From Azolla caroliniana (taxonomy: Eukaryota > Plantae > Polypodiophyta): DNA of 9,097 bases. The notes below the pieces were generated by a model. It ran no database searches. It was not told the DNA's origin and saw nothing but the letters and a program-made list of their open reading frames with translations. The DNA lies in NCBI GenBank assembly GCA_043228905.1, contig JBHGNT010001389.1, forward strand, positions 1 through 9,097, read 5' to 3'. Positions within the stretch are counted from its first letter, which is position 1, and each line of letters starts with the position of its first letter. This document shows positions 1 to 7,778 of this stretch, one piece after another. The position numbers and the translations under genes were made by a program.

Positions 1-522
1 AGACCCGTAGAAGCGAGAAAGAGAGATATAGAACGTAACACTTAATTATAATGACAAGAGATTACAAACTCCGACAGTTACAACCGACAAAGTGGCGACG
101 GACCCGACACGGGGAGCCTACTCACGCACACCGAAGACAGTCACACGACTCAAAGAAACAAAAGGGGAAAGGGAGCGAGTTTGCTGGAAGCACACGGGCT
201 GTTCATGAAGCAGAGGCAGCGACCTCCCGACACCCGCAGAGAGCGACGATTCGAGTCGAAGAGAGAGAGCTCCCCCCTTCCGTTCTGCAACAACCCCTCT
301 TTCTTTCCCAACGCGCGATACCCGTTTTCCCTTGTCCTCTTCCCTTTATTCCTTGTCCCTCAGACCGGGAAATGCATAATCCCCCCCCCTAATAAATGCG
401 TGCGGCTTAGTATTTACATCCACCGGTTCGTGTACAAATAACAAGTCACGCATCCATCCGTGTAAGGGTTGGTTTACGCGCTATCTCTCCGATTCCGCCT
501 ATGGCCGGTTTTCTTCACGACA
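1..522 (-). repeat. LTR1 (partial; 3' LTR of an outer element, left end outside the window)
   Basis: Aligns end to end with 1189-1711 and ~7255-7778. Ends ...TCACGACA at 522 and is immediately followed by the PPT complement. Confidence 0.95.
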
Positions 523-534
523 TCCACCCCCACC
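523..534 (-). promoter_or_regulatory. Polypurine tract (plus-strand primer) GGTGGGGGTGGA
   Basis: + strand tccacccccacc directly abuts the LTR1 terminus and is identical to 1712-1723. Confidence 0.85.
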
Positions 535-591
535 AAACCGCGCATCCACCGGTATGCGCTAGAGACGGGTAGATATCGAAGAAACCCGGCC

Positions 592-1065
592 TCACTCGTT
601 GCTCTCCGATTCTCCGCCATACCCGAACTGATCGTCGTTGTCGCTCCCGCTCGCAAGCTCCGTCTCGTCTTCGAACCGCTTTTTGAAAGCTTTGATCCGC
701 TTTCCGGCCATTGGCACCGCTAACCGTGTCCCATCGAGTTCCGGGAGGTGGTACATGCCGTTGCCGTTCGCGCTCGTCACCATGTAGGGCCTGAACCATC
801 TCCTAGCAAACTTTCGCACTGCCTTGTGCTGATTGTCGAGGCTGCTGTCGTATACCAAGACCCAGTTGCCTTCCTCGATCTTCTTTGGTCGCAACCGGTG
901 CGTCCGGTTGAACCGGGTCTTGTTCCGCTCCCTTGTCGCACGGAGCTTTTCCTTCGCCTGTATCATGTTCTCCGGCCTCCGCTCGAGTTGCCGAATCCGT
1001 GCCGCCAAAAACTCCTCCCGGCTCATTTTATCCTTCCAATCTACCGCCACCCACGAAAAAACCGT
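592..1065 (-). pseudogene. Integrase C-terminal fragment (GPY/F region), truncated at 1065 by LTR2
   Basis: ORF 592-1050 is nearly identical to the C-terminus of ORF 1781-3088 at a constant offset of 1189 (RRWFRPYMV vs RRWFGPYMV). Homology stops exactly at the first base of LTR2. Confidence 0.93.
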
Positions 1066-1127
1066 TGTCGCTTTGTTACGCGCGTACGTGTAGAAAGGGG
1101 CGGGACCACGGGGGTCTTGGAGCGAGG

Positions 1128-1130
<3 letters not shown>

Positions 1131-1172
<42 letters not shown>

Positions 1173-1182
1173 GAGAGAGAGA
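1131..1182. repeat. (GA)n/(TC)n microsatellite inside LTR2
   Basis: About 26 GA units with one CA interruption. Confidence 0.97.
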
Positions 1183-1228
1183 TTCATCGACCCGTAGAAG
1201 TGAGAAAGAGAGATATAGAACGTAACAC

Positions 1229-1270
1229 TTAATTATAATGACAAGAGATTACAAACTCCGACAGTTACAA
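1229..1270 (-). terminator. Candidate LTR polyadenylation signal (UGUA elements plus AAUUAA)
   Basis: Sense strand reads TTGTAACTG...TTTGTAATC...ATTATAATTAAG. This AT island is conserved in all three LTRs. The function is inferred; it could instead be a TATA element. Confidence 0.4.
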
Positions 1271-1711
1271 CCGACAAAGCGACGACGGACCCGACATGGG
1301 GACCCTACTCACGCACGCCGACGACAGTCACACGACTCAAAGAAACAAAAGGGGAAAGGGAGCGACTTTGTTGGAAGCACACGGGTTGTCCACGAAGCAG
1401 AGGTAGCGACCTCCCGACACCCGCAAAGAGCGACGATTCGAGTCGAAGAGAGAGAGAGCTCCTTCCTTCCGTTCTGCAGCAACCCCTTTCCCTTTCCCCA
1501 ACGCACGATACCCGGTTTCCCTTGTCCTCTTCCCTTTATTCCCTGTCCCTCTGACTGGGATACGCACAATCCCCCCCCTAATAAATGCGTGCGGCTTAGT
1601 ATTTACATCTACCGGTTCGTGTACAAATAACAAGTCATGCGTCCATCCGTGTAAGGGCCGGTTTACGTGCTTTCTCTCCGATTCCGCCTATGGCCGGTTT
1701 TCTTCACGACA

Positions 1712-1723
1712 TCCACCCCCACC
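1712..1723 (-). promoter_or_regulatory. Polypurine tract GGTGGGGGTGGA
   Basis: Abuts the LTR2 terminus, about 57 bp downstream of the integrase stop codon. Confidence 0.85.
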
Positions 1724-1780
1724 AAACCGCGCATCCACCGGTATGTGCCAGAGACGGGTAGATATCGAAGAAACCCGGCC

Positions 1781-3100
1781 TCACTCGTTGCTCTCCGATT
1801 CTACGCCAGACCCAAACTGATCGTCGTTGTCGCTCCCGCTCGCAGGCTCCAGCTCGTCTTCGAACTCCTTTTTGAAAGCTTTGATCTGCTTTCCGGCCAC
1901 CGGCACCGCTAACCGTGTCCCGTCGAGTTCCAGGAGGTGGTACGTGCCGTTGCCGTTCGCGCTCGTCACCATGTAGGGCCCGAACCATCTCCTAGCAAAC
2001 TTTCGCACTGCCTTGTGCTGATTGTCGAGGCTGTTGTCGTATACGAAGACCCAGTCGTCTTCCTCGATCTTCTTTGGTCGCAACCGGTGCGTCCGGTTGA
2101 ACCGGGTCTTGTTCCACTCCCTTGCCGCTCGCACCTTTTCCTTGGCCTGTATCACGTCCTCCGGCCTCCCCTCGAGTTGCCGAATCTGCGCCGCCAGCAA
2201 CTCCTCCCGGCTCATTTTGTCCTTCCAATCTACCGCCGCCCACGAAGAAACCGTTCGTTCCACCGACATGATCGGCTTTTGTCCGTACATTAGCTCCTCC
2301 GGCATAAAACCTGTCACCGAACTGTGCGTAGTCCGGTCCGCCCATAGCGCGTAAGGAAGGAGTCGCGGCCAATTCCCGACCTGCCCACCGCATGCACGCA
2401 CCAACGCCTTTACAATCGGTCCGTGCCCACGTTCCACCTTTCCGTTCGCCTCCGGATTGTACGCCGTGGTGAGGGAGAGTTTGACGCCTAGCCAGTCGAA
2501 CAACTCCTCGGCCTCCCGCGCATCCAGCTCTCCCCGGTCCGCCACGATCCTCCCGACGCACCCGTACCGACACACTACTTCTTTGATGAGGAACCAGCAT
2601 ACCGCCGCGGTTATCTTGCTTTGTAGTGCACGGCCCTCCACCTGGTTCGTTATGTCTTCCCGTGCAAGCACCAGGTATCGCATCTGTCCTACCCCCATCG
2701 GCATCGTCACCAAGTCCACCATCCACTTGAAATGGACTGTAGGTGGGTAGGTCGGGCGTAGCTCGTCCCGGTGTCGGACTACGGAGTGCATCTGAAAGCT
2801 TTCGCAAGTCGTTACGAACCGATGCACGTCCTGGTATAGCCCCGGCCACCAGATATTCTCCTTCAGCTTCTCGAACGTGGCCCACGTTCCGCGGTGTCCG
2901 GCCCATGGGCTCTCGTGGAATGCCACCAGTAGTCTCCCCTGTTCTTCTTTCTTTGCCACTAGTCGGAGTGGGATGCCGCTTCTCTTCTTTGGGTGCTTCC
3001 ATATGCACTCGTCCCGCAGGAAGAATCGATACGCCTTCCTCTGTGTCCGGCTCGCCTCCTCTCTCGCCCATGCTGCGTCCGGCGTCATCGTCCGTAGGAA
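1781..3100 (-). pseudogene. pol: pol: integrase domain (open frame, but disconnected from RT-RH)
   Basis: Zinc-binding HESPWAGH...CESF (last Cys changed to Phe; CKSC in the 7779-9097 copy), catalytic WMVDLV / IVADRGE / ANGKVER, and C-terminal WFGPY motif. Confidence 0.95.
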
Positions 3101-3300
3101 CCTCTGTCCCGATCAGATAATCATTGTCGGCCTTGACTGTCGAAACGACACCCCAAAGTTCGCGCTTTACTTGGGCATACCCTCGCTGCCGCTCGCTCAA
3201 AACCTTTGCCCCAAACCGGATTGGGAATCGTACGCCACCCTTGTCCTCCTGACTGATTACCACCCGATCCCGGTCGGGCTGGTATCCACTGTTACGCAGA
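3101..3300 (-). pseudogene. pol: pol: N-terminal half of RNase H (1-bp deletion at ~3261; C-terminal half deleted)
   Basis: VTVDTSPTGIGW, then a frameshift into VISQED...YAQVKRELWGVV...YLIGTEV, which is fused directly to the integrase-proximal FLRTM. Confidence 0.9.
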
Positions 3301-4952
3301 TGGGAACATCCTTGCTGTAAACCGCTTTACAGAGAGCCGGCGCTGCCGTAAGTGCCTCCTTTAGTCTCCGAAACGACTTTGTGTGCTCCGTCCTCCACTC
3401 AAAGCTACGCCCCTTTTTCAATAGTCCATAGAGGGGTTCCGCGACATGTGCATAGTGCGGGATCCAGATGTGGTAGAACGCGCATGCCCCCAAGAATCGG
3501 CGGACCTCCGTGACCGACCCGCAAACGTTCCTCATCGCGGAGATGACCTCTACCTTTGCCGGAGAGGGTTTCCTACCGTGAGGCCCGCACAGGTGTCCGA
3601 CCACCAAGATCTCCGATTGTCCGAAGGCCGACTTTTCCCCGGAGAAGGTGAGCCTCGCGCGCTCTAGTCTCTGCAGTACCTTCTCGCAGTCATCGATGTG
3701 GGACGCCACGAAATTCCGACATCCGTCCGGCCCGATTGCCTCGTCCCTTTTCTCCACCGGGCATCCCTTGATCGGGATGTCGTCTAAGAACGGCATGGTG
3801 ATGTCCGGGATACAATCCCTGAGCACTTTGTTCATCGCGTTCACCATGTGAGCCACTGAGTTCATCCCTCCTTGTGGCAGGGTACACATCCGCACTAGGC
3901 CGAGAGGAGTCTGCATCGTCGTAATGTCTCTGCTCTCCACGGCTAGTTGGAACCTATCGTACCCCGAGTATAGATCACCGACAGAATAGATCGACCTTCC
4001 AGCGAAGGACTCCGCGAACTCGTCTATGGTCGGTCGGATCCCTGCATTACGGATGGTCACCTTGTTGATTGGTTGTAGATCCTGGATGAAGCTCAACGTG
4101 CCGTTCTTCTTCGGCACCATAAACCACCGATTCGAGTACGGGGCACTCGATGGTTCGAGGATGCCGATCTCCACCCTTTGCTTTAGGAGCTCCATCAACT
4201 TCAGGATGTGAGCTCTTGGCACCGGAATCGGCTTGAGATTCCACGGTACATGCGGTACCATGAAGATCACCATCGGTTCGACAATTGTCAGGTCTACACA
4301 CTCGATCTCCTCCGATGAGAATGCGAAAGCCTTCCTGTGCCTCCCGAGCATTCTCCGAAACCGGTCCTCCTCTGTCGGCAGTAGGAAGCGCCCCCACCGA
4401 CCTTGAGCTCCCGTAGCGTTATGTCGGTGAACTGGTGCCCTATGCCAGCCGGATTTCATAAACTTGGGTCCGACGCGACCCCTTTTATCCGCTCCTCGCT
4501 GCCCTCCGGCAAGGGTGCCACGACTGGCCTTACCTTCTAGTCCACAGTCTTGTATTTCGTATCCACGCGGGCCGTCCGATCCGACCCGATCCTTTCCCCG
4601 AATTCTGCGATGATTTCGTACATTCCCATTGACCCCACCGGAACGGTCCAGTCTTCCCTAAGGTCTTCACCGATCACCTTTCATAGTTCGCCCAAGGTGT
4701 CGTCAAAAGAGACCGCCTCCACGGCGCCGCTGATGCCCTCGCCGGGGAAGAGGACTCCGCAGCCCCTGAGCCGCTCCTCCGCTCGCTTCCTCTCCCTGCC
4801 GCTAACGCTGGTTATAGTACAACCTCCGCTGTCGGAGAACCAAAATTTCCTACCTATGGTACAAGTGTTCTTCCGTACTGTACCTTGTGGGGTTCTTCCC
4901 GGGAGTCCGGACTATCGCGGCCCCACGCCTTGATAGCCCTCTCTAAAAATCC
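3301..4952 (-). pseudogene. pol: pol: N-terminal linker plus reverse transcriptase
   Basis: RT motifs PYSNRWFMVPKKNG, IQDLQPINK, DLYSGY, LPQG, FLDD (3779-3790), FSGEKSAFG, VVGH and RRFLG. The upstream linker KYKTVD*KVRPV has stops at 4681-4683, 4537-4539 and 4456-4458, and a frameshift near 4390. Confidence 0.93.
4887..4952 (-). promoter_or_regulatory. Candidate -1 programmed ribosomal frameshift signal (slippery heptamer plus pseudoknot)
   Basis: G_GAU_UUU (4952-4946) followed by UAG, 6-nt spacer, stem 1 GGGCUAUC (4939-4932)/GAUAGUCC (4916-4909), stem 2 GUGGGG (4926-4921)/CCCCAC (4892-4887). Confidence 0.65.
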
Positions 4953-5370
4953 ACTCGCGGTTACGCTGCCGAGGGCCTCGCGGTTACGCTCGTGGTTTGG
5001 TCGCACCGTTAGGAACTGGACCGAGTGATGCCCGTCCTGGCTCTTGACTCTTGCATAGGCTGAACCGTTGTCTAGCACCTTGGTCTCCATCCGTGCCGCC
5101 GTTATATACGGCTCTCCTAGTATAACCGGATGCGAGGACGTCTCCTGCACGAAGAAGTGTTGGTTGATCTCGACATCGCCGATTTTCACCCGTACGTTTG
5201 GACAGGCCCCATGTAATTCTTCTGTGGTGCGCGTCGCTGCCAGTATCTTCCAGCCATGCTTGGTGGTGATCGGCCATTTACCCTTCTTGTAGAAATCCAT
5301 GGACTTTAGGTTGATTTCGGATCCATGGTCTACCAACGCCACCACCGGTTCCAGAACGTTGTCGATACGG
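4943..5370 (-). pseudogene. Retropepsin-like aspartic protease domain
   Basis: VVALVDHGSEIN active-site-like motif (D-H-G at 5330-5322) and downstream VILGEPY (ILG motif), located between Gag and RT. Confidence 0.85.
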
Positions 5371-7074
5371 TAAGGGGGTTTCCGTAGGTTCCCTGGCCCA
5401 ATGCGGCTTCGTGTAGTGGCTTCCCGCCAGCTCATCTTCCAGGTGCGTGGTCCGCACTTCGACCGGCTTCTCCAGTTCCGGCTCCGTCGAGAGCCTCTTC
5501 CGCTTCACCAAGTCTACGATAGAGTCGTGGAACTCCCTCTTGGCGATTCCGTAGTCGCACTGGCCCAGCACCTCCCGCAACGATAGCTCCACTTTACTGT
5601 CGAGGATTCACTCTTCAAGGACCTTCCGTAGGTCCGTTGCTCTCTCGATTTCGGTGCTCAACCAAAACCCCGCCTGCTTCTTCCCATCTGGCACGCCTGG
5701 GTTGCCGACACCGATCGGTTTCGGTCCGAAACGGGTCTCATACCTCGGGGGGCCAACCCCTCTGGCCTTTCCTGCCCGTTTGTCCTCCACCAGAACCTCG
5801 TAGTTCTGGCAAGCGGCTTCTACGAAGCCCGTTTTCTGCTCGACCGGATCGTCCCAACCGGTGACCTCCTGGACCCGCTGTTCCGCGCGGTCCGCCTCTT
5901 CCTTCCTTAGCCGAACTCCGGAGAGGCCTTCTAGCACTAGCGGCCAGAATCCGGAGTCCTTCGCCTTCCGGGTCTCATCACCCCTGACCCGAATTCCCAC
6001 CGACACTGAGTAGTTAACGACTTCGACGTGCCGTGCCGCGGCCTCTTCCATCAACCTCTTCATTTCGTCGCACCCCGTATTCAGTTCCAGGGCTCTCCGG
6101 GTCTCGCTCGTGTGCACTCGCCCGTTCCAGAGGTACACCACGTTGGTCCTGAGCACGTCGGCGAAATCTGCGCAATCCTTCCGAATGTGACTGATCGCAT
6201 CACACCACATGCACCGCTGCCCAGCTGGCGGCCTCCAATCGCGAGGTTGTTCACCGTTGTCTCTTCGGGCCTGTGCGATCTGTAGGTCGTGCACCATCTG
6301 TGTTAGCTCCTCCAGAGCCGCTCCTCCGGATGGGCCTCTGACCACGTCGTTCGATGCCAACCCCGACTCCAGCTAGATTCGGGTCTCTTCCTTCCTCCCA
6401 GTCGGCACCGAAACCGGCTCCTCGAGCCTCCTCCCCGGGACCGGCCCCGACCCTGACGTGCTTCCGTCGCTCCAATCGCGCCGTTTGTCGAAACGGCTGT
6501 AGACCTGTTTTACCATAGCCTAGTCCATCGTGAGCCCTTCGTCCGTTTCCAATAGGGGCCCCACCTTTTCCCTGTCGAGCGTATCCACCGACTTGACAAA
6601 TAGCAGCACTCGACCTTTTTCGAGCACCGTCCGGTCCAGCGTTGACAGCCGCGTGAACCGTTTTTCGAGCTCCTGGAGGAGCACCGACGTGTTCCTCCCT
6701 TTTCCGGGGCTTTCCACCCACGCCATGAAGTCCCGACTCGACAGCCGGAGCGAGTCGTTAAACCCGTACTTCTCGATGAGCTGCAGCTCGAACTCCTAAG
6801 TCTGGCATCCGGCCAGCACCTCGAGCACCTTCGCATGGATGCCCGACGTCACTACCCGAGGGAATCTGGACAGCCGCCTGTCCACCGGGATATCCCTCAT
6901 GATCATTTCGGCCTGGTAAGCCTTCAAATAACTTGTGGTGTCCTTCCCTCCGAAACGGCCTATAGAGCCGACGATTGATTCAATGGCTCTGTCGATGGTA
7001 CCCGTTCCCTCACGAGCGCTCACCAGCCGGTCCATGGCCACGGCCATTGCCTTTGCTAGCTCCGATCCCCTCAT
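5371..7074 (-). pseudogene. gag: gag (capsid region plus CCHC zinc knuckle), interrupted by in-frame stops
   Basis: ORFs 6796-7101, 6520-6726, 5608-6360 and 5278-5592 share one frame, separated by TAG 6796-98, TAG 6520-22, TAG 6373-75 and TGA 5608-10. Knuckle CMWCDAISHIRKDC (CX2CX4HX4C) lies at 6172-6213. First ATG is at 7074. Confidence 0.9.
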
Positions 7075-7096
7075 CTTTCGACTGCTTTGCTGCCCT

Positions 7097-7114
7097 TTCA
7101 CGTCGGGTTCACCA
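7097..7114 (-). promoter_or_regulatory. Primer binding site, tRNA-Trp
   Basis: Sense TGGTGAACCCGACGTGAA, 4 nt after the 5' LTR end. The + strand TTCACGTCGGGTTCACCA matches the 3' 18 nt of plant cytosolic tRNA-Trp(CCA) as I recall it, and resembles the RSV tRNA-Trp PBS TGGTGACCCCGACGTGAT. Confidence 0.88.
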
Positions 7115-7118
7115 AAGA

Positions 7119-7183
7119 TGTCGCGTTGTTACGCGCGTACGTGTAGAAAGGGGCGGGACCACGGGGGTCTTGGACCGAGGAGC

Positions 7184-7251
<68 letters not shown>

Positions 7252-7778
7252 CACCGACCCGTAGAAGCGAGAAAGAGAGATATAGAATGTAACACTTAAT
7301 TATAATAACAAGAGATTACAAACTCCGACAGTTACAACCGACGAAGCGGCGGCGGACCCGACACGGGGACCCTACTCACGCACGCCGACGACAACCACAC
7401 GACTCAAAGAAACAAAAGGGGAAAGGGAGCGACTCTGTTGGAAGCACACGGGCTGTCTACGAAGTAGAGGCAGCGACCTCCCGACACCCGCAGAGAGCGA
7501 CGATTCGAGTCGAAGAGAGAGAGCTCCCCCCTTCCGTTCTGCAGCAACCCCTCTTTCTTTCCCAACGCGCGATACCCGTTTTCCCTTGTCCTCTTCCCTT
7601 TATTCCCTGTCCCTCAGACCGGGATATGCACAACCCCCCCCCCCCTAATAAATGTGTGCGGCTTAGTATTTACATCCACCGGTTCGTGTACAAATAACAA
7701 GTCACGCGTCCATCCTTGTAAGGGCCGGTTTACGCGCTTTATCTCCGATTCCGCCTATGACCGGCTTTCTTCACGACA
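7119..7778 (-). repeat. LTR3 (660 bp, 5' LTR)
   Basis: Starts TGTCGCGTTGTTACG, ends TCACGACA, and is adjacent to the PBS. The length difference from LTR2 is mostly in the microsatellite. Confidence 0.96.
7184..7249. repeat. (GA)n microsatellite inside LTR3
   Basis: About 33 units with GGGAGG interruptions near 7210-7216. Confidence 0.97.

Larger units (their letters stand above)
1066..1711 (-). repeat. LTR2 (646 bp, 3' LTR)
   Basis: Starts TGTCGCTTTGTTACG and ends TCACGACA, giving a 5-bp terminal inverted repeat. Homologous to 7119-7778. Confidence 0.96.
1066..7778 (-). mobile_element. Near full-length Ty3/Gypsy LTR retrotransposon (non-chromovirus), decayed and probably chimeric
   Basis: Two homologous LTRs with TGTCG...CGACA termini, a PBS next to the 5' LTR and a PPT next to the 3' LTR. 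Domain order on the minus strand is Gag(CCHC)-PR-RT-RH-IN, with integrase last (Gypsy order). No chromodomain or env follows IN. Confidence 0.96.

Noticed and set aside
51-441. Plus-strand ORFs within the LTRs (51-392, 181-441, 1238-1630)
   Set aside because: No recognisable domain, antisense to the element, frames differ between LTR1 and LTR2, and the ATG is ATA in LTR3.
1062-1065. ccgt / gcgt as a degenerate 4-bp TSD around 1066-7778
   Set aside because: It has a mismatch, and the two flanks are non-contiguous (141 bp apart) and come from differently diverged copies.
1074-1080. TGTTACG as the LTR start
   Set aside because: Homology between LTR2 and LTR3 extends 8 bp further to TGTCG, which is the inverted repeat of the CGACA end and sits next to the PBS.
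748-1232. ORFs with RERERE runs (also 6935-7292)
   Set aside because: These are translations of the (GA)n microsatellite and cross element junctions.
1351-1499. 11-bp inverted repeat ggggaaaggga / tccctttcccc in LTR2
   Set aside because: Low complexity and not conserved in LTR1 or LTR3.
1724-1850. Chromodomain or env-like ORF after integrase
   Set aside because: Integrase ends in a short acidic tail with only ~57 bp to the PPT, leaving no room and showing no motif.
1992-3100. 423-aa ORF 1992-3263 as an overlapping gene
   Set aside because: Only its first ~54 residues are RNase H. The rest is an off-frame read of GC-rich integrase created by the 320-bp deletion.
5365-5395. Frame change between gag and protease as a programmed frameshift
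   Set aside because: It needs a +1 shift, with no Ty1/Ty3-type +1 motif (CUU AGG C / GCG AGU U) and no stop at the site. It is more simply a 1-bp decay insertion, though a family consensus is needed to be sure.
5548-5563. Possible short in-frame insertion (QCDYG) in gag
   Set aside because: There is no second gag copy in the window to compare, so it cannot be supported.
7097-7114. tRNA-Trp gene
   Set aside because: Only the 3' 18 nt, including CCA, are present. This is a PBS, not a tRNA gene.
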